Positions 1 through 9,153 of a stretch of DNA of 29,994 bases are shown here, piece by piece. Positions within the stretch are counted from its first letter, which is position 1, and each line of letters begins with the position of its first letter. The stretch comes from Elusimicrobiota bacterium (GTDB taxonomy: Bacteria > Elusimicrobiota > Elusimicrobia > UBA1565), in NCBI GenBank assembly GCA_043819795.1, contig JBDREN010000134.1, positions 1-29,994 on the forward strand, given 5' to 3'. Under the pieces are notes generated by a model that saw nothing but the letters and a program-made list of their open reading frames with translations, did no database searches and was not told the origin of the DNA. The position numbers were made by a program, and so were the translations under genes.

Positions 1-1
1 C

Positions 2-139
2 CTGATCGTCGAGCCCGCCCTGCGCCAGCGCCTGGGCCAGCGCGCCCAGCAGGTGGTCACCGAGAACTTCAAACTGATGGACATGATCCAGAAGTACGAG
101 GACGCCTACAAGAAGGTGCTCTCGGACGAGGAGGCCTAG
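2..139 (+). CDS. C-terminal end of a probable GT4-family glycosyltransferase (partial, starts before the window)
   Basis: Manual translation of frame 2 gives LIVEPALRQRLGQRAQQVVTENFKLMDMIQKYEDAYKKVLSDEEA*, matching the usual GT4 C-terminal pattern (dp.lR.rlG..ar..v.e.F....m...Y...Y). Confidence 0.7.
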   Translation: MIVEPALRQRLGQRAQQVVTENFKLMDMIQKYEDAYKKVLSDEEA

Positions 140-141
140 TC

Positions 142-242
142 GGCAGCCCCCCCGCGGGGGGCTGCCCATGTAGGGGGGGCGACGCCTCTCCCCCCTCTTG
201 TTCCCGCGTCCCTCCCCGCGGGGGAGAGACGCGAACAAGGGG
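142..242. repeat. Cluster of GC-rich REP-like hairpins between convergent genes
   Basis: GGCAGCCCCCC-cgc-GGGGGGCTGCC (142-166, 11-bp stem), then an imperfect stem CTTGTTC..GCGTC.CTCCCC-gcg-GGGGAG.GACGC.GAACAAG (about 197-239). A similar unit lies at 29790-29855. Confidence 0.6.
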
Positions 243-247
243 ACCGC

Positions 248-2467
248 TTACTTCCCGATCCTGAGGCGTCCGTCCGCGACCTCCAGCCCCGAGACCCGCA
301 CCACGAAAGGCAGCTCCGGGTTCGGGTCGAACCCGAGCCGATAGCGGCGATAGGGACCCGCGACGACCAGCGGGAGCGGGATGCCCGCCACAGCCACCCG
401 CTCCAGCTCGACTTCCAGTCCGCGCCCGTCCGGGAGGAGGGCGACCGAGACTTCGGCGCTGAGCGGGACGCGCCCGAACGCCGTCTCGGCCGACACGGTC
501 TTATTTAGCCGGAAACGCGACGGTCCCAGCTGGGGGACGCGAGCCTTGAGGAAGGCCGCGGCCGCATCCTCGGTCACCGTCCCCGACGCGAACGTGAGGC
601 GGCTCATGCGCAGGAACCGGAAGTCCGACAGAAGATCTTCGGCCGCCGCCTTCCCCTTGGGCGCTGCCGCGGCCTCGGCGACCGGCATGATCCCCAGGTC
701 ATCCATCACCACCCTCACGTCCCGGACCTCCAACCCGCGCAGCACGATCCTCGGGGCCCGAACCGTCACCCGCGGGTAGACCCCGCGCCGGGCGTCCCAT
801 TTCCCGAAATCGATCGCGAGGCCCTCCGCCAAGAAGTTGCGCTCCTCATAGTGGTCGAAGCGCGCCGCACGCTCACCGAACGGGGGCCGGCGGAGCCGGC
901 GGCGCTTGAACAGCACCGCCTCCGTGCGGTCCGGGAGCGGCCAGCTCCCGACCCGGCGGTAGCCGCGCTGGAACCAACTGTCCGGGTCCAGCATCAGGCG
1001 CTGGACCTCCGGCAGCTGGTTGACGACCGAGACCGGCCCCAGGACGCCCGTCTTCACCAGTACGAACTCCGAGAACTCGCAGAGCCGCCGGTTGACGCCG
1101 CGGATGCGCACCTCCTCCACGCCGTGACGCTTGCGCTCCCAGTTGAAGGTGGGCCCGTTGAAGCGGGGGTGGTTGGCGACGAGCGTCAGGTTGCCGAACG
1201 GGAGGTCTCCCTCGTGCAGGCGCGCCGCCTCCTTCAGGATGGCGCCGATCCGCCAGTCCTCGTCGGCCGCCGGCTGCGTCCGGAACACGGTCAAAGGGAC
1301 CCCGAGGTCGAGCCCTTTGCGGCCGATCCAGCCGTGCCCGTAGTTGGCCGCCGAGAAGAGCTGGAACGCGCAGAGCCCGGCCAGGACGCCCCGGGGCCAG
1401 GAGCCCATCGTCAGCACGGCCAAAGGAGTCAGGCCGGGCAGTAGATAGCGCAGTTGGCGGTTGGGGACGACCGTCCAGAATACGAACGCCGCGGCGAACC
1501 AGGCGATCAGAAGCCAAGCGTCCTCGCCCTTGCGCCGGGCGGAGACCACTCCCAGCGAGACCAAAGCCAGTAGATAAAACGGGAGCTCGAAGCCTTCGCC
1601 CATCGCCCTCAGATAGGTGAACACCGCTCCGCTCTTCCAGAGCGGCACGGCTTGGTCCGCCGAGGCGGCGACGAGACGGGGCAGCACGATCTGCCACTGC
1701 GCGAGGTACCAGGGGGCCGCCAGCACGGCCGCGGCGAGACTCGCTGCGAGCAGTCCGGCCCGGCCCTTGGGGTCGCGGACAGCGCCCGCCGCGATCCAGA
1801 GCGCGGGGAGATAGTAGGAGAACGCGCTCCACTTGGTGAGCATGCCCGCCGCGAAAAGGACGCCGAAGAGGACCGCGGGGATCCTGCGCTCGAACGACCG
1901 GGACGCGGCCAGCGCCCAATAGGAGGCCGCGACCCACGCCGTCAGCGCCAGATCGACGAGCTGCTCCCGGTAAAGCCATTGGACCTCCGGGACGCAGGAA
2001 AAGACAGCGGCGGCTCCGAGCCCGGCCCAATCCCCGACGAAACGCCTCCCGAGCCCCCAGAGCGAGACGCAGAGCACGGCGAGGTAGAGCCAGTTCACCC
2101 AGAGGGCCGCCGACGCCGGATCCTCCAGGCCCGTCGCGTACAGGATCGAAAGATGGTAGAGCGGCGGGAACGGAGGCATCCCCGGCTTCGGCTTCAGACG
2201 CAGAAGCTCCCCCCACCGCCCCGCGGCGATCGCGCGCCTGTAGTCGATCGCGATCTCGAGCTGGACGGACTGATCCCACGCCGGCGGGCGGGTCTCGCCG
2301 CGGGTCCAGGAGGCCAGCTGGAAAGCGTGGAACAGGAGGAGCGCGGCCAAGCCGATCAGGCTGCCCGGCAGAGACCAACGCTCGAGCGTGCCCGGATCCT
2401 TCTCCGCCTCGCAGGTGGTCTCGGGCTCCTCCAGCGGATAGGTCCGCTCCCCGGGTTCTAAGGTCAT
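248..2467 (-). CDS. GT-C fold membrane glycosyltransferase (ArnT/PMT_2, GT39/GT83-like) with a C-terminal LmeA/DUF2993-like domain
   Basis: About 10-12 hydrophobic segments; PAWDQ acidic first loop, PPLYH, GMLTKWS and QLRYLLP motifs typical of PMT_2/ArnT proteins. Start placed at ATG 2467, because the longer ORF overlaps the divergent gene and a TATAAT lies just upstream. Confidence 0.8.
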   Translation of the reverse strand: MTLEPGERTYPLEEPETTCEAEKDPGTLERWSLPGSLIGLAALLLFHAFQLASWTRGETRPPAWDQSVQLEIAIDYRRAIAAGRWGELLRLKPKPGMPPFPPLYHLSILYATGLEDPASAALWVNWLYLAVLCVSLWGLGRRFVGDWAGLGAAAVFSCVPEVQWLYREQLVDLALTAWVAASYWALAASRSFERRIPAVLFGVLFAAGMLTKWSAFSYYLPALWIAAGAVRDPKGRAGLLAASLAAAVLAAPWYLAQWQIVLPRLVAASADQAVPLWKSGAVFTYLRAMGEGFELPFYLLALVSLGVVSARRKGEDAWLLIAWFAAAFVFWTVVPNRQLRYLLPGLTPLAVLTMGSWPRGVLAGLCAFQLFSAANYGHGWIGRKGLDLGVPLTVFRTQPAADEDWRIGAILKEAARLHEGDLPFGNLTLVANHPRFNGPTFNWERKRHGVEEVRIRGVNRRLCEFSEFVLVKTGVLGPVSVVNQLPEVQRLMLDPDSWFQRGYRRVGSWPLPDRTEAVLFKRRRLRRPPFGERAARFDHYEERNFLAEGLAIDFGKWDARRGVYPRVTVRAPRIVLRGLEVRDVRVVMDDLGIMPVAEAAAAPKGKAAAEDLLSDFRFLRMSRLTFASGTVTEDAAAAFLKARVPQLGPSRFRLNKTVSAETAFGRVPLSAEVSVALLPDGRGLEVELERVAVAGIPLPLVVAGPYRRYRLGFDPNPELPFVVRVSGLEVADGRLRIGK

Positions 2468-2510
2468 TGTAAGTGCGTGATTATATGAATTTTGGTATGA
2501 TTGCCCCTCC
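2468..2510. promoter_or_regulatory. Back-to-back divergent sigma70-type -10 elements with very short leaders
   Basis: Plus strand: extended -10 TGgTATGAT (hexamer 2496-2501), 9 nt before ATG 2511. Minus strand: TATAAT (2485-2480), 12 nt before ATG 2467. Neither side has a Shine-Dalgarno. Confidence 0.55.
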
Positions 2511-3572
2511 ATGAAGGCCTTGATCCTGACCGGCGGCCTGGGGACCCGGCTCCGGCCGCTCACCTGCGGCGCCCCCAAGCCGCTCTTGCCGATCGTGAAC
2601 GTCCCGTTCATCCATTACCAGCTCCGCGCCCTCCGCCGGCAGGGGGTGCGCGAAGTGATCCTGGCGACCGCCTACCAGCCCGCCGCGTTCCGGCGCGCGC
2701 TGGGCGACGGACGCCGGATCGGGCTCCGCCTGCGCTACACGGTGGAACGACAGCCCATGGGCACCGGCGGGGCGGTCCGGCACGCGGCGCGCTTCCTGGA
2801 AGGGACGACGCTGATCCTCAACGGGGACATCCTGTGGCGCCTCGACTTGGCCTCGCTCCTGCGCCGGCACCGGCGGGCCCGGGCCGACGTGTCGATCTCG
2901 CTGGTGCGCGTCAAGGACCCCACTCTCTTCGGGCTCGTCGAGACCGGCCGCGACGGGCGCATCCGCCGCTTCCTCGAGAAGCCGTCGCCGGACGAGATCA
3001 CCTGCGACACCGTCAACGCCGGCGCCTATCTCTTCGAGCCGTCCGTCCACGGCCGCATCACACGGACCGTACCCTATTCCCTCGAGCGCGGCCTGTTTCC
3101 CGAGCTCCTGCGGCAAGGCAAGCGCCTCTTCGGTTTCGTCCACGACGGCTATTGGCTGGATATCGGCACCATCGACAAGTACCTGCAGGCGCACCGCGAC
3201 ATCCTGGAAGGGACTCCCGGGTTCCCGATCGAGGGCCTCGGACGCCGGGGCGCGTTCCGCCTGGCCGCGGGCTCCATGCTCGCCGCCACGGTCCGCCATG
3301 AAGGTCCGGGCAAGGTCGTCCTGGGCCGCGGGACCTCCGTGGGGCCGTCCGTCCGGTTCGTCGGAACGGTATGCCTGGGCGAGCGATGCCGGATCGGCGA
3401 AGGCGCCGTCCTGGCCGGATGCGTCGTCCTCGACGACGCCCGCATCGGCGAGGGGGCCAAGCTCGAGGGCAGCGTCGTCGGCCGCGGGTGCCGGGTGGGC
3501 GCCCACGCCGCGCTCGGCCCCGGCCGCGTCCTCGGCCACGGCTCGACCATCGCCGACTATTCAAGACTATAG
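2511..3572 (+). CDS. NDP-sugar pyrophosphorylase (mannose-1-phosphate guanylyltransferase-like) with C-terminal hexapeptide-repeat domain
   Basis: [17 protein letters not shown] signature, GTGGA, NGD, FLEKP, YWLDIG; left-handed beta-helix repeats at the C-terminus. Confidence 0.9.
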   Translation: MKALILTGGLGTRLRPLTCGAPKPLLPIVNVPFIHYQLRALRRQGVREVILATAYQPAAFRRALGDGRRIGLRLRYTVERQPMGTGGAVRHAARFLEGTTLILNGDILWRLDLASLLRRHRRARADVSISLVRVKDPTLFGLVETGRDGRIRRFLEKPSPDEITCDTVNAGAYLFEPSVHGRITRTVPYSLERGLFPELLRQGKRLFGFVHDGYWLDIGTIDKYLQAHRDILEGTPGFPIEGLGRRGAFRLAAGSMLAATVRHEGPGKVVLGRGTSVGPSVRFVGTVCLGERCRIGEGAVLAGCVVLDDARIGEGAKLEGSVVGRGCRVGAHAALGPGRVLGHGSTIADYSRL

Positions 3573-3667
3573 GTGTTAGGCTTCAATTTATGCAACTTAT
3601 TGAACTTATTCTCGGTCGTCGTCGACACAACAAGTTGTATAAGTTGAATACGTTTACGCCTGACACC
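3572..3667. repeat. AT-rich 96-nt inverted repeat built of 9-bp units
   Basis: Outer arms GGTGTTAGGC / GCCTGACACC. Left 9-mers TTCAATTTA TGCAACTTA TTGAACTTA (3582-3608); inverted right 9-mers CAAGTTGTA TAAGTTGAA TACGTTTAC (3631-3657). Confidence 0.7.
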
Positions 3668-3699
3668 GATGCGGCACCGCTGTTGCCCCTGGAGGTTCT

Positions 3700-5097
3700 A
3701 TGGAAATAAAATTCGGGACGGACGGATGGCGCGGGATCATGGCCCGCGACTTCACTTTCGACAACGTGCGCCGCGTCGCGCAGGCCATCGCGGAGTATGT
3801 CAAGGGCCAGACCGGCAAGAAGCGCCATCTCCAGGCGGTCGTGGCCTACGACCACCGCTTCCAATCGGAATCCTACGCGGCGGAGATCGGCCGCGTCCTG
3901 GCGGGCAACGGCCTGAAGACGACCCTCTGCTCGGAGAGCCTTCCCACGCCCGCGTTGAGCCTGCTGACCCGCAAGCTCAACGCAATCGGCGTCATGGTGA
4001 CGGCCAGCCATAATCCTCCGGCCTTCAACGGCATCAAGATCAAGCTCGAGGGCCGCGCGGCCACCGAGGCGGTCACCAACGCGGTGGAGGCGTGCCTGAA
4101 CCGGGCCAATCCCGTCCGCGACGGCGCCGAGAAGGTCTCCTCGAAGTCGTACATGAAGGACTACCTCGGCTTCCTGCGCTCGCGGATCGATCCCCGCCGG
4201 TTCATGGGCCGCATCAAGAAGCCCGTGGTGGTGGACTATCTGCACGGCGCCAGCGCCGGCGTCATGGGAGAGCTCATCCGGAGCAAGAAGCTCGTCGAGA
4301 TCCATGCCGAACGCGATCCGCTGTTCGGCGGCATCAACCCGGAGCCCATCGAGGAGAACCTGCGCGAGCTGAAGGCGCGCGTCCTTAAGGAGAAAGCTCT
4401 CCTCGGCATCGGGCTCGACGGAGACGGCGACCGCCTCGCCATCATAGACGACAAGGGCCGTTACCTGACGCCGTGCCAGATATTCCCGATGCTGATCGAC
4501 TACCTGGTCGAGAAGCGCGGCATCAGGGGGAAGATCGTGCAGTCGGTCTCGATGGGCTACCTCGCGGGCCGCATCGCGCGGGCCTACGGGCTGCCCTTCG
4601 AGGAGCTCCCCGTCGGATTCAAGTACGTCGCCGAGCAGCTCGCGACAGGGCAGGCCGTCATCGGCGGGGAGGAGTCGGGCGGCTATGCTTGGAAGGGGGG
4701 CCTCCCGGAGCGCGACGGCGCGCTGACGGCCCTGCTGTTCCTCGAGATGTGCGCGAAGACGGGCAAGCTCCCGTCCCAGCTCTGGGGGCTGATCGAGAAG
4801 AAGTACGGGAAGTCCCACTTCCGGCGCGTGGACTTCCACCTGCAGCGGGCCGCCGTCGACAAGGCGGCCTTCACGACCAAGGTCACCAAGCGCCTGCCCA
4901 AGAAGATCGCGGGGGCCCCCATCAAGAACGTGCTTTCCTTCGACGGGGTCAAGGTCATCCTCGAGGACGACCACTGGGTCCTGATGCGCCCGTCCGGGAC
5001 GGAGCCCCTTATCCGCACCTACGCCGAGTCCGATTCGCCGAAGCGGACGCAGCTGCTGCTCGAGACCGCGGCCCGGTGGGTGAACGCTCATCTATGA
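3700..5097 (+). CDS. Phosphomannomutase/phosphoglucomutase (alpha-D-phosphohexomutase)
   Basis: FGTDGWRG, TASHNP (catalytic Ser), DGDGDR (metal loop), GGEESGG, RPSGTEP; GGAGG Shine-Dalgarno at 3691-3695. Confidence 0.95.
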   Translation: MEIKFGTDGWRGIMARDFTFDNVRRVAQAIAEYVKGQTGKKRHLQAVVAYDHRFQSESYAAEIGRVLAGNGLKTTLCSESLPTPALSLLTRKLNAIGVMVTASHNPPAFNGIKIKLEGRAATEAVTNAVEACLNRANPVRDGAEKVSSKSYMKDYLGFLRSRIDPRRFMGRIKKPVVVDYLHGASAGVMGELIRSKKLVEIHAERDPLFGGINPEPIEENLRELKARVLKEKALLGIGLDGDGDRLAIIDDKGRYLTPCQIFPMLIDYLVEKRGIRGKIVQSVSMGYLAGRIARAYGLPFEELPVGFKYVAEQLATGQAVIGGEESGGYAWKGGLPERDGALTALLFLEMCAKTGKLPSQLWGLIEKKYGKSHFRRVDFHLQRAAVDKAAFTTKVTKRLPKKIAGAPIKNVLSFDGVKVILEDDHWVLMRPSGTEPLIRTYAESDSPKRTQLLLETAARWVNAHL

Positions 5098-6173
5098 CGG
5101 CCGCGCCCGGCAAGCGGGGCGGTCCCCGCGAAGCGGGGACGCTGAAAGCGATGGTGCTGGCGGCCGGCGCGGGCACCAGGCTGCGTCCCCTGACCTACGC
5201 CACGCCTAAGCCCATGGTGCCGGTCGTCAACCGGCCCGTCCTGCACCACGTCCTCGACAACCTGGCGCGGCACGGCATACGCGACGCCGTCCTGAACCTC
5301 TGGGCCTATCCGGGGCAGGTGCGCGACTACTGCGGCGACGGCTCCCGCTGGGGCCTGCGGCTCCGCTACTCCCGGGAGAGGACCCTGCTCGGGACGGCCG
5401 GGGCCGTGAAGAAGATGGAACGTTTCTTCCGGGACGGCCCGCTGCTCATCATGTCCGGCGACGGCCTCAGCGACGTGGACATCACGGCCCTGTACGCCTT
5501 CCACCGCGAGAGGCGCTCGCTGGCGACCATGGTCACAAAAGGGATCGACGCGCGCTTCGCGTACGGCGTGACCCTCGCCGGAAAGACCGGGCGGATCCGG
5601 GGCTTCCTCGAGAAGCCCAGCTGGGGCCAGGTGTTCTCGAACCAGGTCAACACCGGCATCTACCTCTTCGAGCCCGGCGTCTTGCGGCACATCCCCAAGG
5701 GCTTCTACGACTTCGGGCACGAGCTCTGGCCGAAGCTCCTGAGGCTGAAAAAGCCGATCTACGCCTGGGAGTGGAAGGGCTATTGGTGCGACGTCGGCAA
5801 CCTCGCGGAGTACCGCAACGGCCAGCGCGCGGCCCTCAAGGGGGAGGTCGCCGTCGAGGTCCCCGGCCGCCGGCTCCGCCGGGGGGTCTGGGTCGAGGAG
5901 GGCGCGCGGATACATCCCCGGGCCCGCCTCGTGGCGCCCTGCGCGGTGGGCGCGCGGGCCCGCGTCGAGCGCGGGGCCGTCGTCGGCCCCTGCACGACGG
6001 TGGGAGCCGGGGCGAAGATAGGCCGGAACGCGATCGTCAAAAATTGTATACTTTTTGACAAGACCGCCGTCGGAGCGGGGGCGTATTTGGACAACTGCAT
6101 CCTCGGCGCCGGCGGCGCCGTCAGATCGGGCGCCATCGCCTACGACGCGGCCGTCATGGACGTCCGTCACTGA
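5094..6173 (+). CDS. Second NDP-sugar pyrophosphorylase (mannose-1-phosphate guanylyltransferase-like)
   Basis: [39 protein letters not shown] and a hexapeptide tail. ATG 5094 overlaps the upstream stop (ATGA); the ORF-track start at 4473 is an extension through the mutase gene. Confidence 0.9.
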   Translation: MTAAPGKRGGPREAGTLKAMVLAAGAGTRLRPLTYATPKPMVPVVNRPVLHHVLDNLARHGIRDAVLNLWAYPGQVRDYCGDGSRWGLRLRYSRERTLLGTAGAVKKMERFFRDGPLLIMSGDGLSDVDITALYAFHRERRSLATMVTKGIDARFAYGVTLAGKTGRIRGFLEKPSWGQVFSNQVNTGIYLFEPGVLRHIPKGFYDFGHELWPKLLRLKKPIYAWEWKGYWCDVGNLAEYRNGQRAALKGEVAVEVPGRRLRRGVWVEEGARIHPRARLVAPCAVGARARVERGAVVGPCTTVGAGAKIGRNAIVKNCILFDKTAVGAGAYLDNCILGAGGAVRSGAIAYDAAVMDVRH

Positions 6174-6190
6174 AGCTGAGGAGGCACCTT

Positions 6191-7411
6191 ATGCAGCGCA
6201 ACGGAAGACATTTCTTCACATCGGAGTCCGTGACCGAGGGGCACCCCGACAAGGTCTGCGACCAGATATCCGACAGCGTCCTGGACGCGGTCATCAAGGA
6301 CGATCCCCAGGCCCGCGTGGCCTGCGAGACGTTCATCAGCCGCGGCATGGTCATCGTCGGCGGGGAGATCACGACCCGGGTCTACGTCGACGTCGACAGG
6401 CTCGTGAGGAACGTGGTCCACCAGATCGGCTACAACCATCCCCGGTTCGGCTTCAGCTACGACATCTGCGCGGTCCTCAACGCCATCGGCTGCCAGTCGC
6501 CGGACATCGCCCAGGGAGTGGACACCGGCGGCGCCGGCGACCAGGGGATGATGATCGGCTACGCCAACCGGGAGACGCCCGAGCTGATGCCGCTGCCGAT
6601 CGTCCTCGCGCACAAGCTGGTGCGGCGCCTCGCCGAGGTCCGCAAGAAGAAGATCCTGCCCTACCTGGGGCCGGACGGCAAGAGCCAAGTGACGGTGGAG
6701 TACCTCGACGGACGGCCGCTGCGCGTCGAGACCGTCGTCATCTCGGCCCAGCATACCGAAGACATCCTCGACCGCACGGGCCAGAAGATCACCGACAAGG
6801 CTCGCAGGGAGATCATCAACGCCGTGATCCGGCCGATCCTGGGCAAGCGCCTGCTCGACAACAAGACGCGCTTCCTCATCAACCCGACCGGCAAGTTCGT
6901 CGTCGGCGGGCCGGTCTCCGACACGGGGATGACCGGGCGGAAGATCATCGTCGACACCTACGGGGGCTGGGCCCCGCACGGGGGCGGCGCGTTCTCCGGC
7001 AAGGACCCGACCAAGGTCGACCGTTCCGCCAGCTACATGGCCCGCTACATCGCGAAGAACCTGGTCGCGGCCGGCCTCGCCGAGGAGTGCACGGTCCAGC
7101 TCGCCTACGCGATCGGGATCGCCGAGCCCGTGGGGCTGTACGTGGACACCCACGGCACGGGCGTCATGGAGGACGCGCTCATCCCCGCGCTCGTGCGCAA
7201 GCACTTCTCGCTGACGCCGAAGGGCATCATCTCGAGCCTGAAGCTCCGGCGCCCGATCTACCGGAAAACGGCCGCCTACGGCCACTTCGGCCGCAACGAG
7301 CCCGGCTTCGAGTGGGAGAAGACCGACAAGGCCGACGTCCTGCGCGACGCCGTCGGCTCGAACGGCACGAAGACAAGCCGGGTGCGGCGCTCCCCGGCCC
7401 TGGCCGTCTAG
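6191..7411 (+). CDS. metK: S-adenosylmethionine synthetase
   Basis: [66 protein letters not shown] Shine-Dalgarno. Confidence 0.98.
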   Translation: MQRNGRHFFTSESVTEGHPDKVCDQISDSVLDAVIKDDPQARVACETFISRGMVIVGGEITTRVYVDVDRLVRNVVHQIGYNHPRFGFSYDICAVLNAIGCQSPDIAQGVDTGGAGDQGMMIGYANRETPELMPLPIVLAHKLVRRLAEVRKKKILPYLGPDGKSQVTVEYLDGRPLRVETVVISAQHTEDILDRTGQKITDKARREIINAVIRPILGKRLLDNKTRFLINPTGKFVVGGPVSDTGMTGRKIIVDTYGGWAPHGGGAFSGKDPTKVDRSASYMARYIAKNLVAAGLAEECTVQLAYAIGIAEPVGLYVDTHGTGVMEDALIPALVRKHFSLTPKGIISSLKLRRPIYRKTAAYGHFGRNEPGFEWEKTDKADVLRDAVGSNGTKTSRVRRSPALAV

Positions 7412-7417
7412 CGGCCC

Positions 7418-7753
7418 GTGGAGGTCCTCGGACCGGAGCGGGCGCCGCGGCCCGACGTTCCCCACCCGGAGCGCCTGATCGAGCGCATCGAGCCGACGCG
7501 CCTGCTCGCGCTGAAGGTCTGGTGGGCCTTCATTTGGCGAGCCGTGGCCTTCGCGGCGCTCGTCGGCTTCCTGGTGGGCGTGGTCTTCGGCGTCCTGTCC
7601 ATGATCGTCAGGGTCGATCCCGTCGCCCTCAGCGGGGTCTCGGGCCTGCTCGGCATCACGCTCGGCATCGGAGTCTCGATCGAGGTGATGTACCGCGTCC
7701 TGCGCAAGAAGTTCGCCGGCTTCGAGATCGCCCTGATCCGGTCCGACGGGTGA
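7418..7753 (+). CDS. Small hypothetical membrane protein (2 predicted TM helices)
   Basis: 111 aa with GTG start; fills the metK-scoA gap with 6-nt spacers on both sides; two hydrophobic segments; coding-like GC3 bias. Confidence 0.75.
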   Translation: MEVLGPERAPRPDVPHPERLIERIEPTRLLALKVWWAFIWRAVAFAALVGFLVGVVFGVLSMIVRVDPVALSGVSGLLGITLGIGVSIEVMYRVLRKKFAGFEIALIRSDG

Positions 7754-7759
7754 GCCCGC

Positions 7760-8461
7760 ATGGACAAACGGGTCGCGAACGCTGAAGAGGCGATACACGA
7801 CGTGCGGGAAGGGGCCGTCATCCTCATGGGCGGCTTCGGCCTCTGCGGCATCCCGGAGAACCTGATCCGCGCGCTCCGCGACAAGGGAGTCCGCGGCCTG
7901 ACCCTCGTCAGCAACAACGTCGGCACCGACCAGCACGGCATCGGGGTCCTGCTCCGCAACGGCCAGATCGGCAAGATGATCATGTCCTACGGGGGCGAGT
8001 GCAAAGCCTTCGAGGAGCTGTTCCTGGGCGGCAAGCTGGAGGTCGAGTGGGTGCCCCAGGGCACCCTCGCCGAGCGCATCCGGGCGGCCGGCGCCGGCAT
8101 CGGCGGATTCTACACGCCCACCGGCTATGGAACGCCGGCCGCCGAAGGCAAGGAGACGCGGGAGATCGACGGGAAGCCGTACGTCCTGGAGAAGCCGCTC
8201 CACGCCGACTTCGCCTTCATCAAGGCCCACAAAGGGGACGCGCACGGCAACCTCGTCTACCGCCGGACGGCTCGCAACTTCAACCAGGTCATGTCCATGG
8301 CCGCCAAGACGGTGATCGCCGAGGTCGAGCAGCTCGTGGAGGCGGGCGGGCTGCACCCGGACCACGTCCATACCCCGGGGCCCTTCGTCCAACGCCTGTT
8401 CCAGGGCGCCGACTACAAGAAGCCGATCGAGAAGCGGATGGTCCGCCAGCGGGAGTCTTAG
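7760..8461 (+). CDS. scoA: 3-oxoacid CoA-transferase subunit A
   Basis: [47 protein letters not shown]. Confidence 0.93.
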   Translation: MDKRVANAEEAIHDVREGAVILMGGFGLCGIPENLIRALRDKGVRGLTLVSNNVGTDQHGIGVLLRNGQIGKMIMSYGGECKAFEELFLGGKLEVEWVPQGTLAERIRAAGAGIGGFYTPTGYGTPAAEGKETREIDGKPYVLEKPLHADFAFIKAHKGDAHGNLVYRRTARNFNQVMSMAAKTVIAEVEQLVEAGGLHPDHVHTPGPFVQRLFQGADYKKPIEKRMVRQRES

Positions 8462-8468
8462 CGGAACG

Positions 8469-9128
8469 ATGAGCGGCGACGAGAAGCGTAACCTGATCGC
8501 GAAACGCGCCGCGAGGGAGCTCAGGGACGGCGACATCGTCAACCTCGGCATCGGCATACCGACCTTGATCCCGAGCCACCTGCCCCCGGGCGTGCGGGTC
8601 GTGCTGCATACCGAGAACGGCATGCTCGGCTACGGCCCCTACCCCTACGAGGGCGAGGAGGACCCGGACCTCGTCAACGCCGGCAAGGAGACGATCACCG
8701 AGCTGCCGGGCTGCTCCTATTTCGCCAGCGACGTGTCCTTCGCGCTGGTCCGCGGCGGCCACCTCGACGCCACGATCCTGGGCGCCATGGAGGTCTCCGA
8801 GCGCGGCGACCTGGCCAACTGGATGATCCCCGGCAAGAAGGTCAAGGGGATGGGCGGCGCCATGGACATGGTCGCCGGCGCCAAGAAGGTCATCATCGCG
8901 ATGGAGCACTCGACCAAGACGGGGGAGCCCAAGATCGTGAAGGAATGCTCGCTGCCCTTGACCGGCGGGAAGGTCGTGGACACGATCGTGACCGAGCTCG
9001 CCGTCATCGACGTGACCCCGGAAGGCCTCGTACTGCGCGAGACCGCCGCGGGCGTGACGGCCGACGAGGTCAAGGAGAGGACCGCGGCCGAGCTGAAAGT
9101 CGCGGGGGAGCTCAAGACGTTCTCCTGA
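8469..9128 (+). CDS. scoB: 3-oxoacid CoA-transferase subunit B
   Basis: [13 protein letters not shown] (catalytic Glu), [38 protein letters not shown]. Confidence 0.93.
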   Translation: MSGDEKRNLIAKRAARELRDGDIVNLGIGIPTLIPSHLPPGVRVVLHTENGMLGYGPYPYEGEEDPDLVNAGKETITELPGCSYFASDVSFALVRGGHLDATILGAMEVSERGDLANWMIPGKKVKGMGGAMDMVAGAKKVIIAMEHSTKTGEPKIVKECSLPLTGGKVVDTIVTELAVIDVTPEGLVLRETAAGVTADEVKERTAAELKVAGELKTFS

Positions 9129-9153
9129 ACGACAGGCCCGCGCGGGAGGTGTC

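Noticed and set aside
3582..3657. Mini CRISPR array or replication origin
   Set aside because: Units are 9 bp without unique spacers; no cas genes and no TTATCCACA boxes.
4473..5093. Apparent 566-aa pyrophosphorylase with a long N-terminus
   Set aside because: The extension overlaps the mutase gene out of frame; ATG 5094 with an ATGA overlap is the better start.
6170..6190. SAM riboswitch upstream of metK
   Set aside because: Only 17 nt of intergenic space, containing just the Shine-Dalgarno.
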